Positions 6,918 to 16,940 of a stretch of 52,630 nucleotides of DNA are shown piece after piece. Below the pieces are notes generated by a model that was not told the origin of the DNA, did no database searches, and saw only the letters and a program-made list of their open reading frames with translations. Origin of the DNA: Clostridia bacterium (GTDB lineage Bacteria > Bacillota > Clostridia > Oscillospirales > CAG-272); assembly GCA_017522125.1 (NCBI GenBank), contig JAFXAC010000063.1:1-52630 (forward strand). Reading direction: 5' to 3'. Numbering within the stretch: position 1 is the first letter of the stretch; each line of letters starts with the position of its first letter. A program made the translations under genes and the position numbers.

Positions 6918-9719
6918 ATGAACGCAACAGCCATCCATACCAAGGGCTTTCACCGCCTTTTCTCCGCACTGCTTTCCTTTGTAATTTTCTGTTCGATGCT
7001 TGTTGGCGTAGTGGAATTCACGTCCTTTGAAACGTCCGCGTTTGACCCCACGTCATACGCGATCCCCACGAGCGGCACGACTGACTCGTACAAATTCAAA
7101 GCGACCCCCGCCGTCTACGAAATGGGCGACGGCTACGCCGTTATCTGGGCGACGAGCTTTGACGGCACGGGATATATCAAATACACCTACGGCGGCACGG
7201 AGTACACCGTGTACGACGAGGTGGCGGGAATCGTAAAGACCAACGACTACATCCACGTCGTAAAAGTCCCGCACGAGCATCTTCTCGGCAACTCCTACAC
7301 CGTTTACTCGCAGGTCGTCACCAACAACAACGCCTCAACTTTGAGCTACGGCACGACCATTTCCTGCGGACCGCTCACGCTTCGCAAATACGACAGCGAA
7401 ACGAGCATCGACATCCTTCAGCTGACGGACACGCACAACTACGCCGACCGCGCGCTGGCGTCTGCAAAGCAGTTTTCCACCACGCCCGACCTTATAGTTT
7501 TCACGGGCGACGTAGCAAGCTACATTCGTAGCAAGGATGAAATAGTAACCTACGTATTTTCCATTATGAGTAAAGTGTCGCGCGGTCAGTTCCCCGTAGT
7601 TTTCTGCCGCGGCAACCACGACGGCTGGGGACGCTACGGAGCGATGCTCCTTGACTACGTACCCACCGAAACGGGCGAGTTCTACTTTGATTTTGAATAC
7701 GGACCGCTCTACGGCGTTGTTATCGATACGGGCGAGGACGTAGCGCCGAGCAACAACGACCCCTACAATCAGGTCACCAATTTTGACGAGTATATGGCAA
7801 AGCAAAAGGCGTGGCTTTCCACCCTTCGCCCCTCGTCAAAGCCGTTCAGCCTTGCTATCTACCACATTCCGATATTGAACAAGCTCCGCAACACCACCAC
7901 GATGAACTATGCGCCTCTGATGAACTCGCTCGGCTTCCATTTTGGTATTTGCGGACACAATCACAGTACCTCTTGGAAAGCCAAGGGCTCGTACAACTTG
8001 AACTTCCCGCAGATTATCGTGGGCGGCGACCCCTACGCAAGCGACGTTACGGCGGCTCGATTGAGCTTCAACGTGGATTCCACGGGCACAAAGACGCTTG
8101 ACGTACGCGCCGCGAGCCAGTCGGGAACGACAAAGATCGACAAGTCGATAACGCTTGAGAGCGTAAAGGGCACACCCGACGAGGTCACGCTCGGCGAAAC
8201 GGGACGCGAACAGCAGATAAGCGTATCAAATACGGGGCTTACCTTTGCGACGAAGCCCGTCGTGCTTGAGGTCGGCGACCCCGAATACTACACCGTCTGC
8301 TTTGCAACCACCACGCGAGCGATGGCGTTCGTCGAATACACCTACGACGGCGTTAAATATCAGCATTTTGACAGCACCTCGGGTGCGCGGCGAACCTACG
8401 ACCCCATACACACGGTAAAGGTTCCCAAGGCGCATCTTGACAACAACAGCTACCGTGTGGGCGCATTAGAATACACAAAATACGACGCGCCGTACACGCT
8501 TAAACAAGGAAACGGATGTATCAGCGAGTATTTCGCGTTTGAATGCAAATCGGCATCCGACGAGGTGCGCGTTTTCAACGTTCCCGACCTCGTTTCCAGC
8601 GCATCCTCCGATACCGAGGAGACCGTGACCGCCGCTATCAAGGCGCTTGGCACGAACCCCGCGCTCATTATTGCGAACGGCGACTCGCGCGCATCGGTAT
8701 ACGATGCCGACGCGCTCGTTTCCATGATAGACGGACTTGCCGATGTTTCAAGCTCGGCTCACCCCGTGCTTTACGTTCGCGGTGACCGCGACAACCTCGG
8801 CTATTACACGGGTATGCTTACAAGATACCTGCAAAACGATAAGTTCTATTATACCGTAGACTATGCAAACTACACCTTCGTGGTGCTTGATACCCTCGCC
8901 GTGGCGGACTCCCACTCCTCGCTCCTTGTAAGCGAGAGCTACCTTGAAGCGCAAAACAAGTGGGTAAGCTCGCTTCGCGCGGATAGTGGCAAAAATCTCG
9001 TAGTAATTTCCCACGTTCCGCTTGACACCTACGATGCAAAATCGGGCTATTCTTGGCGCAAGACTCTTGAAGCCAAGGGCGCGGACATCTTCGTGTCGGG
9101 CAACGATACCGCGGGAAGCTTTGGAATTACCGTAACCGACGGCAGGGTGCTTTCCGTTGAGGGCGGCGGCTACAACGCCGCAGACGCAAGCGCGACGGTT
9201 GCCGACGTACTGCTTACGCCGAACGGCGCAAGCGTGCGCGTGCTTGACGACAGCGGCACGGTAGTCAGCGAGCGAAGCTTTACGCTTGCGGGCGCGACCG
9301 AAACGGGCACTCCGAGCGCGGAGTACGCTATATCCCCCAAGCAAGATTCGGGACTTTACGTCAAGGGCGGTATGCTCTACGGCGTAAAGGACGGCTCAAC
9401 GCTTGACGCTATACGCGCATCCCTTGCCAACACCGGCGGTGTAAGCATCAGCGGCGTGGGCACGGGCGCGACTATAACGCTCACCGTAGACGGCAGAGTG
9501 CTTGACACCGTAACGCTTAATATTTTGGGCGACCTTGACGGCGACGGAAGCATTGATGCAAGCGATTATATGGAAATGAAAAACGCCGTCATCGAGGACG
9601 AAGCACCGAGCGGATTTTCCGCCTACGCGGCTGACGCCAACGGCGACGGAATCATCACCTCGCTTGATCTGCTTCTTTTAAGCTCCTACGTTTCGGGCGT
9701 GGTGAAAGACCTAAGCTAA
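6918..9719 (+). CDS. Secreted metallophosphoesterase paralogue 2 with C-terminal dockerin
   Basis: Colinear with the previous gene but lacks the GLUG region; TDTH/TGD/GNHD/GHNH; dockerin GDLDGDGSIDASD...ADANGDGIITSLD. Confidence 0.85.
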   Translation: MNATAIHTKGFHRLFSALLSFVIFCSMLVGVVEFTSFETSAFDPTSYAIPTSGTTDSYKFKATPAVYEMGDGYAVIWATSFDGTGYIKYTYGGTEYTVYDEVAGIVKTNDYIHVVKVPHEHLLGNSYTVYSQVVTNNNASTLSYGTTISCGPLTLRKYDSETSIDILQLTDTHNYADRALASAKQFSTTPDLIVFTGDVASYIRSKDEIVTYVFSIMSKVSRGQFPVVFCRGNHDGWGRYGAMLLDYVPTETGEFYFDFEYGPLYGVVIDTGEDVAPSNNDPYNQVTNFDEYMAKQKAWLSTLRPSSKPFSLAIYHIPILNKLRNTTTMNYAPLMNSLGFHFGICGHNHSTSWKAKGSYNLNFPQIIVGGDPYASDVTAARLSFNVDSTGTKTLDVRAASQSGTTKIDKSITLESVKGTPDEVTLGETGREQQISVSNTGLTFATKPVVLEVGDPEYYTVCFATTTRAMAFVEYTYDGVKYQHFDSTSGARRTYDPIHTVKVPKAHLDNNSYRVGALEYTKYDAPYTLKQGNGCISEYFAFECKSASDEVRVFNVPDLVSSASSDTEETVTAAIKALGTNPALIIANGDSRASVYDADALVSMIDGLADVSSSAHPVLYVRGDRDNLGYYTGMLTRYLQNDKFYYTVDYANYTFVVLDTLAVADSHSSLLVSESYLEAQNKWVSSLRADSGKNLVVISHVPLDTYDAKSGYSWRKTLEAKGADIFVSGNDTAGSFGITVTDGRVLSVEGGGYNAADASATVADVLLTPNGASVRVLDDSGTVVSERSFTLAGATETGTPSAEYAISPKQDSGLYVKGGMLYGVKDGSTLDAIRASLANTGGVSISGVGTGATITLTVDGRVLDTVTLNILGDLDGDGSIDASDYMEMKNAVIEDEAPSGFSAYAADANGDGIITSLDLLLLSSYVSGVVKDLS

Positions 9720-9727
9720 AACCTTTT

Positions 9728-9762
9728 CGGGGCTTCCTGCGGGAAGCCCCCGTTTATATTTT
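9728..9762 (+). terminator. Intrinsic terminator
   Basis: ggggcttcc...ggaagcccc followed by a T-rich tract. Confidence 0.65.
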
Positions 9763-9861
9763 AAGGTAATAATTTCATTTTGATATTGACAAAGCGGTGT
9801 AAAAAATGATATTATTATTATAGATAAATATCTATACTCAAAAACTGCAAAGGAGAAAAAG

Positions 9862-12345
9862 ATGAGTAGACTGAGAAAAATCTTATCGGCATTTTTGTCA
9901 ACTCTTATGATCGTTTCCGCATTCGTCGGCGTGATAAGCTTTGGCGCGTCCGTCGCAAGCACGGTCGAGTTTGACGTAGACACCTTCGGCCTCAAAAAGA
10001 CGGGCACGAGCGCAAAGATAGACTTCCGCGCAAACCCCGGCGTTTACGAGGTCGGCGACGGCTACAACGTCATTTGGGTAACCACCTTCAAGGGTACGGG
10101 CTACATAAAGTACACCTACGAGGGCAAGGAATACACCGTTTACGATGAGGACAACGGCGTTATCTGCACCAATGAGGACGTACACACCGTAAAGGTTCCC
10201 CACGAGCATCTTGCAAACAACACCTACACCGTTTACTCTCAGGTAGTAACGGCTAACAACGCATCGGGCGTTACCTACGGCGCGACCATTTCCAGCGGCG
10301 AGATACCCTTCAAGGGCTACGACGGCTCGGGAACTGTAAACGTGCTCCAGATCACCGATACGCACGACGCGCACGCAGGTACGCAGGCAGTAGTCAGAGC
10401 GCACAAGGGTAAGGACGTTGACCTCGTTGCCTTTACGGGAGATATCGCAAACGACCTCCCCGAGCGCAAGGACATTCTTGACGACCTGTTCCCCCTTATG
10501 GCTAACGCCACGGGCGGACGCTTCCCCATCATTTACTGCCGCGGTAACCACGAAACGCGCGGTAAATACGGAACTATGCTGCTTGAGTATTTCGAAACCA
10601 AGACGGGCGAGTTCTACTTCGACTTCAACTACGGCCCCCTTTACGGCGTAGTTCTTGACACGGGCGAGGACAAGTCTGACTCCGATAAGGCGTACGGCGG
10701 ACTTGCCAACTACAAGGAGTACATAGCGGCTCAGGCCGAGTGGCTCAAGACCCTCACCCCCCAGAAGGATGCCGCGTACAGACTTGCCATCTACCACATT
10801 CCGCGCCTACAGACCCTTGCGGGTGGCGCTGTGGACATCTCAAAGAACCTCAATCCCCTCGGCTTCCAGCTCGGTATCTGCGGTCACGACCACTCCAACA
10901 GAATCGAGTACCCGGGAACTAACGGCGTTAACTTCGAGCAGGTAGTTCTCGGTCAGAGCGTCGGCGGACTTTACGAGTTCAACGGCGACAAGATAAACTA
11001 CGTTGCGACCGACAAGAACGGCTCGACTAAGATGAGCAAGGAATTTACCGTTCAAAGTAAGTTTGGCGCCGTTGGCACTGCAAAGACCCCCATTTTCGGC
11101 TTGAACCAGAAGACCGAAACGAGAGCGGGCGGCTCCAACGAGGTAACCGCCGAGCCTACCGTTTTTGAAACGGGTGACAATTACTACACCATCGTATGGG
11201 CTACCTCCAAGGACGGCGGCGCGTACGTTGAATACACCTACAACGGCAAGCAGTATCAGGTCTACGACGAGGCAGGCGGTTTCGTCCGCACTACCGACAC
11301 CATACACACGGTAAAAGTGCCGAAGGCGCACCTTAACAACAACACCTACCGCGTTGCGTGCTTCAATATGCGCTCGCAGTCGGGCTACACCTTCTCCCGC
11401 GGAAGTATGGCGGTGAGTAAGGATTATAAGTTTGAGAACAACGCAACCGCAACCGAGATCCCCGTTCTCGTTTGCCCCGATATCGGCGTTAACCTCGCAA
11501 GCGACGCGCTGACGCGCCTTTCCTCTGCGGTTGCCGCACTCGGAAGCAAGCCCGCGATAGTTTCGGTCAACGGCGACAGCGTTGCCGACATCGCAAAGAT
11601 GATGGGCATCGTTGGCGTTCTTCAGGCCACCCACACCGCATCGGGCGGTACTCACCCCGTAGTTTACACGCGCGGCGCGGCTGAGATGAAGGGCGAATTT
11701 GCATCTCGCCTCGGCTTCTACCTGCGCACCACCACGGGCGAGTTCTACTACTCGTTCAACACCACGAACTACACCTTCATCGTTCTTGACGACGCCGCAC
11801 TTTGCGAGCATTGCGCAAAGAACGCGGGCGAGCTTATTCTGCCCGAGGTCATTCGCGAAAAGCAGACCGCTTGGCTGAACTCTCTTGAAATTGCGCAGTC
11901 CAAGGATATCGTAGTCATCTCCCACGAGGCGGCTATCGACAACGAATGGATGGAAATTCTCCGCGCAAAGGGCGCACCCCTCGTTATCAGCGCGTGCAGC
12001 GGCGGCTTCTCCGTCGATGACACGCAGGGCGTTGTGAACGTCGAAGCAGGCGGCTTTAAGGACGGCAAGTACGTCGTTTCGATGCTCACCGTAAAGGGCG
12101 ACAGCGTTGACGTTAAGGCTACCGACAGCACGGGCGCCGTTGTTTACGAGCAGACGCTCTCGCTTGCTGAGTTCCCCCGCGAGGTAACTCCCCCCGCTGA
12201 CACCACCCCCGGCACCGACCCTGCTACCACCACTCCCTCGGCTACCGAGGAAGGCGGATGCGGCTCAAGCGTCGGCTTTGCCCTCGTTCCCGCAGTAATT
12301 GCTTCGGCAACGCTTTGCGTAAAGAGAAAGAAAAAGGACGACTGA
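9862..12345 (+). CDS. Secreted metallophosphoesterase paralogue 3 with GGCGS-TM-basic C-terminal tail
   Basis: Signal peptide; TDTH/TGD/GNHE/GHDH; degenerate second domain; Pro/Thr linker then GGCGSSVGFALVPAVIASATLCVKRKKK. Confidence 0.85.
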   Translation: MSRLRKILSAFLSTLMIVSAFVGVISFGASVASTVEFDVDTFGLKKTGTSAKIDFRANPGVYEVGDGYNVIWVTTFKGTGYIKYTYEGKEYTVYDEDNGVICTNEDVHTVKVPHEHLANNTYTVYSQVVTANNASGVTYGATISSGEIPFKGYDGSGTVNVLQITDTHDAHAGTQAVVRAHKGKDVDLVAFTGDIANDLPERKDILDDLFPLMANATGGRFPIIYCRGNHETRGKYGTMLLEYFETKTGEFYFDFNYGPLYGVVLDTGEDKSDSDKAYGGLANYKEYIAAQAEWLKTLTPQKDAAYRLAIYHIPRLQTLAGGAVDISKNLNPLGFQLGICGHDHSNRIEYPGTNGVNFEQVVLGQSVGGLYEFNGDKINYVATDKNGSTKMSKEFTVQSKFGAVGTAKTPIFGLNQKTETRAGGSNEVTAEPTVFETGDNYYTIVWATSKDGGAYVEYTYNGKQYQVYDEAGGFVRTTDTIHTVKVPKAHLNNNTYRVACFNMRSQSGYTFSRGSMAVSKDYKFENNATATEIPVLVCPDIGVNLASDALTRLSSAVAALGSKPAIVSVNGDSVADIAKMMGIVGVLQATHTASGGTHPVVYTRGAAEMKGEFASRLGFYLRTTTGEFYYSFNTTNYTFIVLDDAALCEHCAKNAGELILPEVIREKQTAWLNSLEIAQSKDIVVISHEAAIDNEWMEILRAKGAPLVISACSGGFSVDDTQGVVNVEAGGFKDGKYVVSMLTVKGDSVDVKATDSTGAVVYEQTLSLAEFPREVTPPADTTPGTDPATTTPSATEEGGCGSSVGFALVPAVIASATLCVKRKKKDD

Positions 12346-12716
12346 CAGCCTACGGCTGAGTGAAAACGCTCCGCGTTTTCAAATGATGCATTTGCCCTTC
12401 GGGCAAATATGATATACGCTTCGCGTATGATGAATGATGTATTTGCCTTACGGCAAATATGAAGGAAAAAAGAGGTTGAAGCCGCAAGGCTTCAACCTCT
12501 TTTGTTTTATTGAATGCTTTTTGCGGTAGCAAAAAGCTTCCTTAATTTGCGCCTACGGCGCAACATCATTGGGCGCAAGCCCACATCATTTGCCGAAGGC
12601 AACATCATTTGCGCCCACGGCGCAACATCATTACGGCAAAGCCGTATTTCACCCGACGAAGTCGGATTTCACTGTGAAAACGCGAAGCGTTTTCACAAAA
12701 CGCGAAGCGTTTTCAC
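12346..12716. repeat. Modular mini-hairpin intergenic repeat, full two-armed copy
   Basis: Terminal gtgaaaacgc.../gcgttttca(c) hairpins, hairpin arrays with tgatg/catca and atttcac linkers, central terminator-like and gctttttgc...gcaaaaagc hairpins. Confidence 0.9.
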
Positions 12717-12796
12717 TTTTCTATTGACAAAGCGCTACAAAAAATGGTAATATAAATCATCACCACACGAAACCCGAAAGGAGAAAATCAAGTAGA

Positions 12797-15268
12797 ATGA
12801 AAAAGTTTTTATCCGCATTTTTGTCGGCACTTATGATCGCGTCCGCATTCGTCGGCGTAATAAGCTTTAGCGCGTCTGCCGCAAGCACGGTCGAGTTTGA
12901 CGTAGACACCTTCGCTCTCAAAAAGACGGGCACAAGCGCGAAGATAGATTTCCGCGCCAATCCCGCCGTTTACGAGGTCGGCGACGGCTACAACGTAATT
13001 TGGGTAACCACCTTCCGAGGCACGGGCTACATAAAGTACACCTACGAGGGCAAGGAATACACCGTTTACGATGAGAGAGACGGCATTATTTGCACCTACG
13101 AGGACGTACATAGCGTAAAAGTGCCCCGTGAGCATCTTTCAAACAACACCTACACCGTTTACTCGCAGGTCGTAACCGCAAACAACGCCTCGGGCGTTAC
13201 CTTCGGCGCGACCATTTCCAGCGGCGAGATACCATTCAAGGGCTACGACGGCTCGGGAACGGTAAACGTTCTTCAGATGACCGACACGCACGAGGGTCTT
13301 AACACCACGCAGGCGGTTGCCAGAGCGCACAAGGGCAAGGACGTCGACCTCGTCGTGTTCACGGGAGATATCGTAAACGCTCTCCCCAAGCGCGATAATA
13401 TGCTTGACAAATTCTTTCCCCTTATGGCTAACGCCACGGGCGGACGCTTCCCCATCGTTTACGGCCACGGCAACCACGAAACTCGCGGCTCGTACGGAAC
13501 TATGCTCCTTGAGTATTTCAAGACCGAGACGGGTCAGTTCTACTTTGATTTCGAGTACGGACCTCTTTACGGCGTAGTGCTTGACACCGCCGAGGAGGCA
13601 GGCGACTTCTACGAGGGATACGGCGGACTTGCGAACTGCAAGGAATACGTTACGGCACAGGGCGAGTGGCTCAAGAGCCTTGCTCCGCGCAAGGATCTCG
13701 CGTTCAGACTTGCCATCTACCATATTCCCCGCCTCAACAACCTTGCGGGTAAGACCGTAAACCTTTCCAAGAGTATGGGCCACCTCGGCTTGCAGCTTGG
13801 TATCTGCGGCCACGACCACACCTTCAGATTCGAGGCAAAGGGCAACAACGGACTCCAGTTCGAGCAGGTAGTGCTCGGTCAGAGTGCCGCCGGACTTTAC
13901 GAGTTTAACGGCAACAAGATAAAATACGTTGCAACCAGCTCAAGCGGCTCAATAAAGGCGAGCAAGACCTTTACCATTCAAAATAAATTCAGCGCGCCCA
14001 GCACTCCCAAGACCCCCGTTTTCGGCTTGAATCAGAAGAGCGAAACGAGAGCGGGCGGCTCTAACAAGGTAACGGGAGGCCCTACCGTTTTCGAAACGGG
14101 CGGCGATTATTACACTATCGTTTGGTCGACCTCGATGACGGGAGGCGCGTACGTCGAATATAAATTCGGCGGCAAGCAGTATCAGGTCTTTGACGAGGCG
14201 GGCGGATTTATCCGCACGACCGACACCGTCCACTCGGTAAAAGTGCCGAAGGCGCACCTTAACGGCAACACCTACCGCGTTGCGTGCTTCAATATGCGCG
14301 CAAATTCGGGCTACTCCTACTCGCGCGGAAGCGTGGCGGTGAGTGATTATTACAAGTTCGAAAAGAACACCGCAACGAATGAAATTCCCGTTCTCGTTTG
14401 CCCCGATATCGGCGTTAACACCGCAAATGACGCGCTGACGCGCCTTTCCGCCGCAGTTGCCGCACTCGGAAGCAAGCCCGCGATAATTTCGGTAAACGGC
14501 GACAGCGTTGCCGATATCGCCGAAATGAAGGGCATTGACGGCGTGCTTCAGGCTACCCACGCGGCGTCGGGCGGTACTCACCCCGTTGTTTACACGCGCG
14601 GCACGGCTGAGATGAAGGGCGATTACGCATCCCGCCTCGGCTTCTATCTGCACACCGAAACGGGCGAGCGCTACTACTCGTTCAGCACCGCAAGCCACAC
14701 CTTCATCGTGCTTGACAACGCCGCACTTTGCGAGCATTGCGCAAAGAACGCGGGCGAGCTTATTCTGCCCGAGCTTATCCGCGAAAAGCAGACCGAGTGG
14801 CTGAAATCGCTCCAGATCGCCGAGTCCAAGGACGTCGTTGTTATCTCCCACGAGGCAGCTATCGACAACGAATGGATGGAGATCCTTCGCGCGAAGGGCG
14901 CACCCCTCGTTATCAGCGCGTGCAGCGGCGGCTTCTCCGTTGACGACACGCAGGGCGTCGTAAACGTCGAAGCGGGCGGCTTCAAGGACGGAAAATATAC
15001 CGTTTCCCTGCTCACTATAAAGGGTGACAGCGTTAACGTTAAGGCTGCCGACAGCACGGGCGCCGTTGTTTACGAGCAGACTCTCTCGCTCGCTGACTTC
15101 CCGCGCGAGGTAACTCCCCCCGCGACCGAAGCACCCGCAACCACTACCGCGCCCTCTACCAAGGAAGGCGGATGCGGCTCGGCTATCGGCTTTGCTCTCG
15201 TTCCCGCAGTAATTGCTTCGGCAACGCTTTGCGTAAAGAGAAAAAAGAAGGAACACCCCCTTGGGTGA
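12797..15268 (+). CDS. Secreted metallophosphoesterase paralogue 4 with GGCGS-TM-basic tail
   Basis: Close tandem duplicate of 9862-12345 with the same motifs. Confidence 0.85.
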   Translation: MKKFLSAFLSALMIASAFVGVISFSASAASTVEFDVDTFALKKTGTSAKIDFRANPAVYEVGDGYNVIWVTTFRGTGYIKYTYEGKEYTVYDERDGIICTYEDVHSVKVPREHLSNNTYTVYSQVVTANNASGVTFGATISSGEIPFKGYDGSGTVNVLQMTDTHEGLNTTQAVARAHKGKDVDLVVFTGDIVNALPKRDNMLDKFFPLMANATGGRFPIVYGHGNHETRGSYGTMLLEYFKTETGQFYFDFEYGPLYGVVLDTAEEAGDFYEGYGGLANCKEYVTAQGEWLKSLAPRKDLAFRLAIYHIPRLNNLAGKTVNLSKSMGHLGLQLGICGHDHTFRFEAKGNNGLQFEQVVLGQSAAGLYEFNGNKIKYVATSSSGSIKASKTFTIQNKFSAPSTPKTPVFGLNQKSETRAGGSNKVTGGPTVFETGGDYYTIVWSTSMTGGAYVEYKFGGKQYQVFDEAGGFIRTTDTVHSVKVPKAHLNGNTYRVACFNMRANSGYSYSRGSVAVSDYYKFEKNTATNEIPVLVCPDIGVNTANDALTRLSAAVAALGSKPAIISVNGDSVADIAEMKGIDGVLQATHAASGGTHPVVYTRGTAEMKGDYASRLGFYLHTETGERYYSFSTASHTFIVLDNAALCEHCAKNAGELILPELIREKQTEWLKSLQIAESKDVVVISHEAAIDNEWMEILRAKGAPLVISACSGGFSVDDTQGVVNVEAGGFKDGKYTVSLLTIKGDSVNVKAADSTGAVVYEQTLSLADFPREVTPPATEAPATTTAPSTKEGGCGSAIGFALVPAVIASATLCVKRKKKEHPLG

Positions 15269-15298
15269 ATGAAGTTGGGGCTTTGCCGCAACTTTACC

Positions 15299-15595
15299 GT
15301 GAAAACGCTCCGCGTTTTCAAATGATGCATTTGCCCTTCGGGCAAATATGATATACGCTTCGCGTATGATGAATGATGTATTTGCCTTACGGCAAATATG
15401 AAGGAAAAAAGTGGTTGAAGCCGCGCTTCAACCACTTTTGTTTTTATGAATGCTTTTTGCTCTGCAAAAAGCTACCTTAACATTTTGCGCAAGCAAAATA
15501 TTTCACATTTGCCCTTGGGCAAATATTTCACACGGCAAAGCCGTATTTCACCCGACGAAGTCGGATTTCACCGTGAAAACGCGAAGCGTTTTCAC
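15299..15595. repeat. Modular mini-hairpin intergenic repeat, two-armed copy
   Basis: Left arm nearly identical to 12360-12480; right arm is an atttcac-linked hairpin array. Confidence 0.9.
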
Positions 15596-15604
15596 TTTTC
15601 CCTC

Positions 15605-15633
15605 TTGACAACCCATCTCCCTTGTGCTATAAT
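15605..15633 (+). promoter_or_regulatory. Sigma-A promoter of the pyr cluster
   Basis: TTGACA-17 bp-TATAAT with extended TG. Confidence 0.85.
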
Positions 15634-15705
15634 TGTAAAGATAAGATAGGGGAATGCGGGCAGACGCACGCCAAGCCCCAAAAAACAGGAACGGAGGACT
15701 TTATC

Positions 15706-16923
15706 ATGCCTGCAAAAATGCTTAAAAATTCAGCATTCGGCGCACAGCACGGCACTAAGGCGTCCTCCTTTGATTTTTCCTCTTATGAAGGTGTTGAAGT
15801 GTTTGAAAATTCCGATAGCGTTATTATTCTTCCCGGCTTTTGTGATGTGCATGTGCATTTCCGCGAGCCGGGTTTTTCCTATAAGGAAACCATAAAAAGC
15901 GGCTCTATGGCGGCGGCACGCGGCGGTTTTACCGACGTTTGCACGATGCCGAACCTGAACCCCGTCCCCGACTCTGCCGAAAACCTCGCGCTTCAGCGCG
16001 ACATCATCGCGCGTGACGCCGTGATAGGCGTTCACCCCTACGGCGCAATTACCGTAGGTCAGCGCGGCGAGGCTCTTGCCGACCTTGCGGGTATGGCGGG
16101 CGGCGTTATCGCCTTTTCCGACGACGGCAGGGGCGTGCAGAGCGACGAGGTGATGCTTGCCGCAATGAAGCAAGCCAAGGAGCTTGGCAAGATGATAGTC
16201 GCGCATTGCGAGGTCAATTCCCTTCTGCGCGGCGGCTATATCCACGACGGCGAGTACGCGCGCGCGCACGCTCACCGCGGCATCTGCTCCGAGAGCGAGT
16301 ACGCACAGATAGCGCGCGACCTTGAGCTTGCCGCAAAGGTCGGCTGTGCCTACCACGTCTGCCACGTTTCCGCAAAGGAGAGCGTTGAGCTGATACGTCA
16401 GGCAAAACGCACGGGCGTTGACGCGACTTGCGAGACCGCGCCGCACTACCTTGTGCTTGACGATAGCGATCTTAAAGAGGAAGGACGCTTTAAGATGAAC
16501 CCACCCCTGCGCTCCGCCGCCGACCGCGAGGCGCTTATCGAGGGAATAAAGGACGGCACGGTGGATATGATAGCCACCGACCACGCGCCCCACTCCGCCG
16601 AGGAGAAATCCCGCGGGCTTGAGGGAAGCGCGTTTGGCATTGTCGGGCTTGAAACGGCGTTCCCCGTGCTATACACGCACCTTGTGCGCGGCGGAGTGCT
16701 GACGCTTGACGAGCTTGCAGCACTTATGTGCCACAATCCGCGCCGCCGCTTCGGCATCGAGTGCGGCGACAGCTACAGCGTTTGGGATATCGGGGCGGAA
16801 TTTACCGTCAACCCCGACGAGTTCCTTACGATGGGCAGAGCAACGCCATTTACGGGCGATAAGCTCTTTGGCGTGTGCCAAAAAACGGTATATCAGGGCA
16901 AAACTGTCTGGGAAATAAAGTAA
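15706..16923 (+). CDS. pyrC: Dihydroorotase
   Basis: DVHVHFREPG, MPN, KMNPPLR, ATDHAPH; start placed at the ATG after the GGAGG RBS. Confidence 0.93.
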   Translation: MPAKMLKNSAFGAQHGTKASSFDFSSYEGVEVFENSDSVIILPGFCDVHVHFREPGFSYKETIKSGSMAAARGGFTDVCTMPNLNPVPDSAENLALQRDIIARDAVIGVHPYGAITVGQRGEALADLAGMAGGVIAFSDDGRGVQSDEVMLAAMKQAKELGKMIVAHCEVNSLLRGGYIHDGEYARAHAHRGICSESEYAQIARDLELAAKVGCAYHVCHVSAKESVELIRQAKRTGVDATCETAPHYLVLDDSDLKEEGRFKMNPPLRSAADREALIEGIKDGTVDMIATDHAPHSAEEKSRGLEGSAFGIVGLETAFPVLYTHLVRGGVLTLDELAALMCHNPRRRFGIECGDSYSVWDIGAEFTVNPDEFLTMGRATPFTGDKLFGVCQKTVYQGKTVWEIK

Positions 16924-16940
16924 AACGGAGGAGATAAAAA

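Noticed and set aside
12346-12716. Hairpin arrays read as CRISPR arrays
   Set aside because: Constant parts are only 5-9 bp, variable parts are short self-complementary stems rather than unique spacers, and no cas genes are present.
3014-15268. Diversity-generating retroelement or phase-variable cassette explanation for the paralogues
   Set aside because: No reverse transcriptase or recombinase, differences are not adenine-specific, and all four genes are intact with their own RBS.
15634-15705. Riboswitch or PyrR binding loop in the pyrC leader
   Set aside because: No PyrR-type conserved loop, no terminator/antiterminator, and too short for the riboswitch classes I can recognise.
15622-15705. 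N-terminal extensions in the ORF track (pyrC, pyrD, Gfo, DUF1287, ygiQ, ruvX, AraC)
   Set aside because: Downstream starts have better RBSs; the extensions mostly run through promoters, repeats or upstream genes.
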